Below are positions 37,801 through 49,800 of a stretch of DNA of 64,000 bases, in pieces. The notes beneath the pieces are model-generated. The model saw only the letters and a program-made list of their open reading frames with translations, did not search any database and had not been told where the DNA came from. The stretch lies in NCBI GenBank assembly GCA_002633005.1, contig NMRA01000137.1, positions 186,001-250,000 on the forward strand, read 5' to 3'. The DNA is from Phoronis australis. Taxonomy: Eukaryota; Animalia; Phoronida. The first letter of the stretch is position 1. The number at the start of each line of letters is the position of its first letter. Both the position numbers and the translations under genes were made by a program.

Positions 37801-40800
37801 CGTAGTTTCCTCACATGCAAATTCTGTTCACTGACCCGATAAACTTGGTTTACCGACTAACAAACAATGACTAAGTGACAGCCAGGGGCATTAAAAAACA
37901 CTGCTTGCGCACACAAACACGCACACACACGCACGCACAAGCAAAACACGTGCCTGGACTCTCAAACACGATTAGTGAGCCGTATTTGTAAGTCCAGGCA
38001 CGATTTTTGGGTGTGTAAGCCGTACCTTGTGAACGCAGCATCGCACTTGGCGGTCGGTGAGCTATGTGGGTCGGTGAACTGAAAATTTTTCATAAGTGAA
38101 GGAACTATGTCTACGAATACGGAAGCCGTGATGTTCGGGTAGCCTGTATTCGCTACTGTGCAATTAATTCATAGCGTTAAAGGAAATAAACAGAATCATT
38201 GCCAACGTTCTGTTGATTTTCAAGCGCTATTAATTTATTGCAAAACAGCCATCAAAGTTACATAAAACCGATTTTTATTGTCGGTTTGCAGTACCTGCGT
38301 ATACACACCATTTGAGTGGATTCTGCTCTGAATGGTAAATTGCCAATGATCGTATTAAGAAACAATCACAACAAACACGCTATTACTAGCGATATTGCGT
38401 CACGCGCACCACGTGACATATAAAGGCAACCAACAATTTCCAGGGACTTGTGACGACTTACCAATATCAATGATGACAAACTTCTCAAATCAAAATGGTT
38501 AAAACCAGTTTAACGATTTATCCAATATTGTTCAAGAACTTCTGCTCACCTTGTTTGCAGATGAGCGTTTTATATTTACATTGGTATCATTTTCAGTTGA
38601 AATATCATTATTTCTTGAAACATAAAGTTAGTAACATTTCAGGTGTATCAATTAAAACGTTCTTCAGAACAGTGTTTCACAATATGGCGTTCAATAAAAC
38701 CGCTATAAACCAAAACGTTTGTGTCCAAAACAACTTTCTTAAAGGCACCACGTTGTTATTGTCTGAATTTCAATCAAGTGCCTACCTGAGGTGTAAACGC
38801 CGTGTTAGCAAAATCCGCATGACTTACCGAAGATGCTCTGTACAATGAGATTAGGAGATAACCGAGAAATTATCACTTCATGTTGACATAATTTGAAAAG
38901 CCCTAGTGCATCCGGGGTACGTCATATAACTATGACAGACCGAAGATACCATTCAGACTTTTTACGACCCATTTCCCTTCAAGCGTGTACTTTTCCGACA
39001 AAACTCCCTACAAAGGGGTGCCGCTTACGACTATATTCTCTTTCAAATTTGGATTCACTTTACAGATGGAAACATAGAAGGGTTTGGTTGCAAAAATGTT
39101 CGAATTTCTGACTACATGACATGATTTCAAGCTTCAGTGGTAAGGAGAGCTGTCCAAGGAGCCCCCCGAAAGGGTTGGGTTCGTAGAATAGACCCCTACA
39201 AAAGGGCGGTATGTCTAGAACAAAACTTTACGACATGATGACTTTTTATAGAAACTTCATACAAATGAGTGGGTACCCTTGTTTCAGCTGTATCCGCCGT
39301 CAAAAATATAGTCGAGTGCCCCCCGGAATGATCGGAATGTGTCTATCGCACCTGATATTAGACTAAGCAGCGAACGGTAATCGCGAAACCTGAAAGGGGA
39401 CGAGTTCAAAATAACAAGCGCAGTTATTAAATGACTGACCAAGTCGGAAAACAGAAGTTAGGATAGATTTTCTAGTCAAGTTGTTGGTGATACAATGAAG
39501 AAATATTTCAATATTGATCCTTGAAAATCCGCTTAAAGTTCGTTGAAATATTTTTTGTATAACGATATTAATCTAAAGGGGGTAGATAAGATGTTCGAGC
39601 CAAGGAGACTGTGAAATGTCAATTGACTACACATGTTCATAACCAACGGTCCAAAGCAATACCCGTGGCAGGCTTGAACTACTACTTAAATTATTGTACC
39701 ATTTATTATTAAGAGCATCCGCTATTCACCTAGTCCACTCGATTTTAAAACACGACCACTTAAACGCTTCTACTGTCATTAATATTACAAAATACTGTAG
39801 AATCACTGGCTTTCATTATCGATCCAAATGGACCTTAAAGTGTAATAACTTTCAGGCAGTCACATTTTTGGGTCTGAAGAACAACATGTTGACCCTGAAT
39901 AAAACACACTGAGTCTTATTACATGATTACACTCAGCAATCCATCACGTGACCGCCTGACACTCAGCGAAGCTTTAAGGTTTGTCACGTGTCCGAAGACG
40001 TAGTTGAAGATGTTGCAAATCTGTAATGAACTTCCGATTTTGACATCTGTCGCTGAAAACTGTCAACTAGCTCGTAACTGCAAATTCTAAGTAATTTCTG
40101 GGACTGAGAAGAACAATTAGATGATTACTGCTTGATAACATCACGCTCCGCGCATACAATGATCTCACGGGTCAAACAAATACGCTGAGTTTAGTCTCAA
40201 GCGATAACCAAATGGCGGTGGTTTGACTGAGTATTACATTTAGTTTGACTGGCAGAAGGTGAGTTTACGACAGATTTAAAGAAATTATTTACTTTGCATT
40301 CACCAATTTAGAACACATGATGTTTTGTCAGTCGAAAAACATCACTAATATATAAACATTTCGTAACTTTCATCCCTGATTGTGTTTGCCTTATTTTACT
40401 ACTAGTTTTTTTAAAGTGGGCGGGATTCCGCGGAAATCTCATTACATATGGCGGCAGTTGAGTGAGTACCCATAATGCACGAGTCACCCGTCACTCACTA
40501 CGACGGCCACTTTAGTTGGTGGTGCACCAACAAAAATAAAAATTAATCAAAAAATACATGTAAAATTCAGTCGAGTTTGAAAATATTTGGAGTTATAATG
40601 AATGAACATAATTTGGGCTTAAACTACGACTGAACTAACTTGCTTTAAAATCCGTTTCATGAAGTTTTTAATCAAAATGAATCAGAAAAGGTGTCTTAAA
40701 TTGAAAATAACTATGTTCCAGGAAAAGAAAATTCCTTTAAGTTAAAATATCCTCCCAATCTTCCTGACGTTTCGCAAATTTTATTTCATGGCTGCAGCTC

Positions 40801-43800
40801 GGTTAACCTCCACTTGATATATTAATACAAAATTACTCCGGCCAAAATATCATGACAGCCACTTACCACTGTAAAACTGATTTACAACCTCTTTAGATTA
40901 AAATTAGTTCCCAGACTTTGAAAAACTAATAGTTGCTTGAGACTAGTATCCAGATGTTGGTTTGATTAAGCGGGCTACTTTATAGTTAAGCGAATTGCCA
41001 ATCTTCACAACAAAGCTCACTTCTAATTCGAATAAGGAACAAAGTGGGACAAATTTTATAACAACATGTGGTCTAAATCAAAAATTATTTGAAATCGGTT
41101 TCTGATATCATATTGTATACATGTTAATATATCATGTTATCGACAATCGTTCTCAGTTTTCTACTGCTAATTTTGTCCAAAAACTAATTTCTTTGAATGT
41201 TAATTTCCTAACATAATGTAGACGTATACCTTATTGAATTGTCAAGTTTAACCTTATTGGGCAAGCATGAGTTGAACACTTACCTTAAATAGTGGCGGTA
41301 ACAGGCTAAACCGACAAAACTCGTGACAGGATAATTGACGTCTACCATGGTTCAGTGAGAACAAATTTATTAAACTAGACTCGTTTCGACACGGATATTG
41401 CTTTTGTTTTGCGATATTTTTTGTTATCTGACAACAATCAGGTCGACTTGCCATATTAAACGTAAGTGATACTTAACCTTGGTGCATACTGCATATGTTT
41501 GGTGTGCATTCAGTAAATTTATGAGTTTTATCTACTTGTAGAGGTTACTATAAAAAGGATATGGCCACGGGTCAGATACTGGTTTTGACAGGTGAAAAAC
41601 GCCATCTCTTGACAGAAATACAGAAGAGCTTTCCTTGTCCAAGGGACCACCGTAAAGCGACGATAGATCGAAGAGATTTATGGCAATGAAAAATATACTT
41701 GATTGGGATTGTCAGCACCTTTTATGTGTTGGGGCAATGTTTCAAACGTATATTTTTTGAAAAGCATATCTCTCAGATGGACATGCCAAAAGAGTCAATT
41801 TTAGACCATCGCCGCGACAAGTTTGAGGAAGCACTTGACGGCTTTTAGTGCGAAGATAAAAATGTTTTTGTGACAAATTTAACAACTGGCACACCGCAGG
41901 TTATCAGTATTATTCTAGTCTATTGTCACTCCCCTGTAACTGAATGTGTCTGTATATCATTATTGTTGTTGGGCCTAACAAGGCGGCCAATGTTTTTGCT
42001 TCAGAGGATGGTGTTTTAATAAACGCCGAAACATGTCAAACCGGTTTAAATCCGTCGTTGTTTTTATCAAAATATGCTGCTACTTGCTATCATGGAAATC
42101 TAACATCTGAGAAAACCTTCACTAATTGTCAGCGCTACATAAATTTTCAAGCTTGTGCCAGACAATTAAATTGGCTTGTTTAGTACACTGACCTTTGGCT
42201 TGGCAAATACTGAGTGTAGATATATTCACGGTAAATTTGCAAAGCAGCGGCATATAACACCAAAACCCCAGGTTGAATGGGCCTCAGTTTAACGTAGGTA
42301 CCAATAGTGCAAAGGTCACCTAGGTGCATTATTTTTGTTTTCACAATTAGAAGTTGTCGATCAATATACATGTAGCTGCACGCTGTTTCGCGAAGATGAT
42401 GTTCACACAGCATTGTCGTTTAGTTCCTGCTATACATTAGCATATTTAGTAACATGCAAATACATCTTTAAAGTTGCATTTCTCTCTAGTTAGCTACTTT
42501 AAAGTTGCATTTCTCCCTAGTTAGCTAGTTTAAAAACGAAAGTGGAATAAGGCCTATTACTCTCATGAAACCTGTCTTAAACATGAGGAAAAGAAGCTTT
42601 AATTACATCAAAGGTTTCTACAGACAGCCGTCTCAGATCAAATCTGTACCTACGAAAATAAGAATTTGCTGATTCCTTCTGCATTGTGTGGATTGGTTCC
42701 TTAAGCGTTGACACACTTTTCTAAAGGTTTTTGAAATTCTGTAAGGGTTCATGCAAAAACAGACCTTCTATTTTTTGTTGTAGTCACTAGTTCATCGTCC
42801 CTTTAAATATAATGGGTTTACAGAAAAAAAAAAAAACAAAAAAGAAACGTCATGGGCATGCTGAGTTCAGTGGCTCCGCAAAAGTCGTTGTAGGGCCCCT
42901 CTTATGACGTCATACATGAAGATCCATCAATGAAGCTAATATTTTCGGAACTTGATCAGAACGTCAAACAATCGGTTTGAAGAATACTTTTGTTAATTGA
43001 ATTAATTTTAATTTGAATACACTAACATATTCGAAATATATGCGAAATTGGCCAGAAATGCCTTCACAAATGTATTTTCCCTCATAAGTTTAAATCAAGT
43101 TCTTCTTCATATACATGTTGCAAATATGGATTTGATGCCTTGCTTAACGTTTGTTTCCACAAACAATCTTACCTCATCAATTTTAGTCAACAGACCGTTG
43201 TTCCATAGATGCTGGTAGTTGGAATGCTTGGTAGCCACTCGTTTACATCGCGTCAGCATTAGACGGAAGAAGCCAGGCAAAATACTTCCCGAAAACTCAA
43301 AGTGCCACACTATCTGCACATCATCTTTCAACGGCTTGGGCATCCAATTGAGTTGCTATGGAAACAAAACGCGTGATTATATCAACCTACTGGCCATGTT
43401 TGGTTTGTTTGAAGCATTATGATAAATGGCTTCAAACTGTTGTTCTTTATGTCACAACAGGATTAATTAAGATCAAATTCTACGTGTTTCAGATGTTAGT
43501 TTTTCGTTTTAGAGAGGTTAAAACTGCGCTTCGACTTCATTTCGTGTGGGCGAACAAGCGTGAAACATGAAATTTTTGAATTTGAGAGCAACCGCGTGCT
43601 ACGATAAAACTCTTAAAGGAGAATGCCACCCGATTTAATTAGTCTTTTTTACAGTCTTAATCCATCTATGTCAACATCGCCTCTTATACGGTCGACCTCA
43701 CCTTGCCGAGAGGTGTCGCGTTAACATGTGAGGAAGGTGAGAAGCGACGCAGCGACATCAGTGGTTCGTCTGCAGAGTGAATGCCGTTATATTGCGGTGC

Positions 43801-46800
43801 ATCGCTTCCCGCTTGTCCGAACTATGAAGATGCGAAGAAAGCGGGTATATCATTTTTTCGACTTCCTCGAGAGCCCGAAATGCTTAGGAAGTGGCTCGCG
43901 GGAGTGAAGAATATAAGGTATGCTGTTAATAGCAAGTATGAGGCCGTGAAACGTCTCCGTGTCTGTGGCCGGCATTTCGTTGACAGTGATTTCTCTGACG
44001 AATTCCGGCTTACCAAAGAATTATCCATACGTTCCGTTGCCTATGCATGTTCACGGCGCTACTCTAGTGCTTCTTGATCAGTGTATTCCGGTTCGAACTG
44101 ATAGCCTGTGAAACCTAACGATCCGACCCGTGAAGTCTTCGTCGGATGAGCTCTTGACTACGTCAGGATTGGCGCCTGGCGAGTTGCCATGTAGACCTTT
44201 ATTTATCTGTGTTCTGTTTCAAAATGAAGTCATCCTAAAATGATCCTAATGAACTGAAACAAAGTCTGTCTCATTAGATACAATTTGTAATGCATTGGAG
44301 TGCTCGTGAGTGCAAATATTTCGAGAAGCCAGCAATGAATAAACCACTGCAAAGGTAACTGACCGGGCACCGAGGCCGTGTGAGCGCATGCTAAGTGTTT
44401 GCTGACAGAAATCTGTTGTGAAACAATTACTCGATTTTATATGCTATTGTCACATGTTAGGGGAATCTTTATTTAGAAATATACATACAATTTTCTAATC
44501 ATTGTTACTGTACAACCTTTGCCCTGACGGTCTGTGGAAGGGGAACCCGACTTCGCGGCCCCCGACTTAGATTTCAGCTTCGTGGCTAACTCACATAAAT
44601 AATTACGTGCACATCATTTCTTTGGCTCACTATTATAGTCTTTTCGTGACTGGAGGTTTAGTTTCCAACTCAAGCTGGTTTATGTTCGTGCCAGTCCCGG
44701 CGGCCGCGACGGGCCTGATCGGGTTCCGAGCCACTGGCTGCGATAACGAGTCAGTCCGGCCGCGACGGGCCTGATCGGGTTCCGAGCCACTGGCCGGGAT
44801 AACAAGCGCTCTCTGTGTTTAGAACTAAAAAATCACAAGTATAAACAACACAGATCTAGGTTCTCCTGTCTGTATTTTACGGAAAATACTTCGAATTTAT
44901 CTCCGAACAGACCCCAAACTCCTGCTACGGCGGACGGCCTGAGTGCCGAACTTCATTGTAGGCTACGGTGTGTCCAAATACCAGTAAATCCGTAACAGCG
45001 AAATAAAACAAGACGTTTTTATAAGAACTCGGTGTATTTTTAAGGGTTTACATCGAAGTTTGATGATTTATTGGTGTTAAACGATGAATTCAAGCGACAA
45101 GCTGACACCACTAACACGGGTTTTGAACTGCTGAACAGACTTCGTGTGAAACCAATGACGTCATTGGATAATTTCAACACCTCCGTCTGCCGTCAGGTGT
45201 CAGGTAACGCAACCGAACCTGCCGTTATTGAGTAGAACTACTCGATGTAAATTAATTCAAAATAGGTTGTTTTTTGCGTGGCATTCTCCTTTAATGCACT
45301 GGTTAAACGATCCTATGCAAAATTATTACTGGTTAACAATACGTAAATGTGTTTCATTAAGACCGTTGCTTAGTTTCATTTTAAAACGGCAACATGTATA
45401 GACCTACTTTCCGTCACAAAACCCATTTTTTGATTTGGATCCATTAAGGTAATTGGTCTCAAATCCTTCCTCAGACAAAGTTAGCTGTGATGCCTGGGCT
45501 TTGAAAGCAATGGTTGACTTATACACGACTTGCAATTTTATTCGCAGAGCATAGACTGCCAGTTCTTTGTATGCCCCCACATCACCTCAAGTACATAGTA
45601 TGGATAAGGAACAAGTTGAGATAACGTTAAGTGATTTAAATTAACATTTATTCGACAGAAGATGGGTTTACAGCCGCTCCAAGTAATGACCTCGGCGACT
45701 TATGTCAGTGTTTTCCTCCTCTTTGACATGCAGCGTGCCGTTAGCGACGACGTGGCTAGGACTAAGCTACGTGTATCAGAAGACGTGCGAGATTCAAAGA
45801 GAAATATTGAAGCATTTACAAGTTCAACATATAAACATATAGGGGTTTCCACAGATAAGCCCACTCGATGAAACACCGTTGGGCGTTTATTCGGAAAATT
45901 ATGCCGAATACACGCCCATGGGCGTTTATTTGGTGTTTCAACTTGTGGTGTCAAGAGTCCAGACAGTGTGACGTTTATTTGGAAAATTTCCTTTTAAAAA
46001 CACACTCAGCGTCAACTTTTTGTTACAAATTCCGTTTTGTGGAGCATTTATCATTTATAAAAACGAACAAGGCGTTGAAGAAATATGCATTTATTAACAA
46101 AAAATTTGAAAACGCAGTTTTAAGTAAAACAGTGTCAAATCAGCAAATCTATGGCTTTCCGTTTACACGCCACCTTTTTCGAATAAACGCTCGGGCGTTT
46201 GTTTGGTGTTGCTAAAACGCCTGACAATTTTCTATTTCTGAATACACGCCCATGAGCCTATCTACGGAAATTCCCGGTATCATTTTCTACTTGAACACAG
46301 AGACGGCATGGTAAAGCTCCTGCCCTTATCGTCTAACAGAAATTCTCCATTTACATGTACTAAGGGACTTTGCATGAACATCGATGTGCCCCATAACTAG
46401 TTTTAACGAAACGATCATTGTTTTTAAATGTCTCCCAGTTCACGACGCATGTCAAAACGGAAGGGTTTACAAAATGGTACAAAAGCTACATATTAGCATT
46501 TGAACGTTCATATTTTCGTTCAAAATAGCATCACATAAAATTTTGTGCAAACTAGGAAATAAGGAACACACTAAGTGATTTACAATTCAAAGAGGCGCCA
46601 TGAAAACAAGAATTTTTGTAATGTTTATTACGACAAATACAATGCACAATAATAAGAGTTAAGCCCAGAAAGCGATAGAAAGCATTTATTTATATCTGTA
46701 CACGTTTGTCAGACGATTGACTGTGGGTTTATTTGAAAGGTAGCTATGCTTTGAGATTGTGCGCAGAGGGAGAGTGAATAATGAAATCCAGTAATTAATT

Positions 46801-49800
46801 TATTAAATGATAACCCCTAACTAGGCAAGTAAAACCTGTTGTTAATTAAGTGATCAACTACAAAGAAGAGTAACTGTACTACGCTAGCGCCCTCTTTAAA
46901 GATTACTTTAATCAACCAACCAAAATAATAACATGTCTTATCTGCTATTCAAGCTAGGACTCTCCACTTGTTGGATGTCTGTCCTGTTGGGGAATCTTCT
47001 AGCTACACACACTGTATAAGGACAGTGTACTTGCTGGTCACTGTCTCTGGTGATGCAACACTTGCCGGCAATTTCTTCTACCCGCGATTCTTCTTGCTGG
47101 TCACAGTCTCTGGCTGGTGACGCAACACTTCAGGTAGTATCTTAATACCCACGACGCAAGTGACAAGCTTTTAGTTAACTTGCTGTTCGTTAACCCTTGC
47201 CCTTGACAAGATCCTTTCTAGAATCTTCCACGAGACGGCTCTGTCGTGCAATTGCTTCTGTACACCGTAGCAAGTCTTTATGCTTCAACTACTATAGCGC
47301 ATATTAGTGTCTTGCTGACTTAAGCCCATATTATAATATTCTACTTATTTAGTCATTGGTTAATAAAATCCACGTGATCACATTCAATCATGTCATTGGC
47401 TGTTACAGTTAGTTCTCAGAATGTTTTAGAATCTCTAGAGTACTTTGACCCCAGAACCCAAAGTTGTAAACACCATTTAAAATAGATTTTGACGTTAAAG
47501 TACATGTCAACATAAATTTTGGGATACTTAAAATGGTTCTATTCTTACTAATTACTTAATCAATATTTATATGCGCTAACTGCGAAGCGATACCGAAGCT
47601 AGTTTACAGTGAAACAACACATGTAGTTGAGATAAAAGGTCATATATATTATGACAAACTAAACTACTACAGATATCAGTAATTACAAAAGTTATATAAC
47701 ATGCTGCACTGTAAAGGTGGGTGACAATCTGCCATAGTAAGTTAAGAAACAATATGCGGAAGAATAACAGCAACACCGGGACAGCGACATGTGAAATTTG
47801 AGGATAAAGGGAAAGAATGAAAATTGGTTTGAGGGAGGGAGGGAAAGAGAAATTGAGTGAAAAATGAAAGTTGGAGAGAATTGTGGACGATGGCCCAGTG
47901 TTGCAACAAGACAAAGAGATCACGTGGTACAATTAAACCAATAATCGTAAAACAAAGAGGGTCACTGACCAGAGAATCCAAACAATATGATAATGAGGAG
48001 GAGGCAGTATAGCTTACATAAAATAATTTAATACTTAAATAATTTTTATATGCGCTAACTGCGAAGCGATACCGAAGCTAGTTTACAGTGAAACAACACA
48101 TGTAGTTGAGATAAAAGGTCATATATATTATGACAAACTAAACTACTACAGATATCAGTAATTACAAAAGTTATATAACATGTTGCACTGTAAAGGTGGG
48201 TGACAATCTGCCACAGATGCAGCAGAAGGATGCATCCGCCCACCCAAGGGAGAGCGAGCGAGGCTGACAAAAGTAGCATAAGAAAACGGGGGCAAAAGTA
48301 AGCCCGTAAAAGGAAATGCAAACATGGAGTAGTACAGCCAGGTAGCATGATACAATAAAAATAAAATCATGGAGCGACAAAACAAGGTGGCGAAACCATA
48401 GTAATTGAAACCCAGTGGGATATAAAGCTAACATGAATAGATAAAATTTAAGGAATATACATAAGGGACATATCAACCTACCAAAAGCATGCTGTCGATA
48501 TAGGTATAAGGAAACAAAAACGGTGACATGTACAAACAACATACAGATAAGCAACAGCAAAACGATGCCCCGGCAAAAGTAAACCTATATAAAGTATGGG
48601 AAAAAAAGCTAAGTATAGAATAACCCATAATAGGGCATGAGGTAAACCAACAACAAATGTAAAAGGGGCGGGAAAGACTGCCCGGGAGGGAGAACCCCAA
48701 AAAGGTGAGTGGAAAGGGCGTGGCAATGAAAATGGGGAATAAGGGAATTAGGACACTGGCAATACAGGCGTCCGAGGGTGAGAAATGGTGTGAGTGAAAG
48801 AGACACTGGCAATACAGGTGCCTATGAATGGGACACTGGCAATACAGGTGCCCCGCGATGAAAAGGGAGTGGTGAGCGAGGGGGGGGACTGGCAATACAG
48901 ATGCCCCAGGATGAAGAGGAGGTGTAAGGAGGGGAAGCACTGACTGGCAGAGCTACCCCTGGGTGGTGGATGATCATGTCAATGAAGGTGTGGGAACGTT
49001 AGCAACGGGCAAGTTTAAGGAGGAGAGACGAATGTAGTTCTTGAGCGCGTCAGACTTCCAGCGACCCATACGCTGGATGGTGGAGTCCGGAATTTGGAGG
49101 TTAGCAGCGGAGGTGGCTGCACCAATACGAAAACTATGAGATTTATAGCGTTGAGGATCGAGACCGACGCACCCAAGTACCAAGTTAAGGTGGCGAGTGA
49201 AGTAAGAGCGAGTGATGGGGGAACCATTAGGTAACTGGAAGAGAGGGCCAGAAGAGTGGTTGGAGAGAGTGAGGTAGTGTTGAAGGGTTGCAACAGGGCA
49301 ATGGGGACCAGTAGAACGGGGGATAACGAGAATGTTAGGGGTGTGATCGTGATGTTTGAAGTGGGAGATAGTGAGAGACATGGACGAAGACGTGACTGAG
49401 ACATCCGAGACCTGGAGGACAGAGAATGGGGATGAGGCAGAGGTGGCGACAGTAAATTCGCTAACACGAAGGAAGGCGTGAAAGGCAGTGGAAAACATAG
49501 CGGCACAGAGAGATGCATGGAAATGAGAGTTGAGAGCAGAGGGCAGGGCGTTAAGAAGGCGGTGAAGAATAGGTGTAGTTATGGGGAGCCGGGTGTCCAC
49601 GGATGGCCGCGAATTGGACACCCCCTTCAGAATTTTCTTGACCAGAAAAGAGGAGGTAGGGTCAGGTAAGGAGTCCAGTTTATGAATGAAACCAATGGCG
49701 GAGACATAGGTAGAGATGGTAGATGCAGTTAAGCCAGACGAGAAGAGATGTGCTATGTAAGAAGCTAAGGTCGATGTGGAGACAGGAAACACAGGCAAGG

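Noticed and set aside
47576-48940. Hydrophobic ORFs on the minus strand in the Ngaro 3' region
   Set aside because: Mostly non-ATG starts, arising from T/C strand bias and the duplicated repeats; no SGNH hydrolase or methyltransferase motifs.
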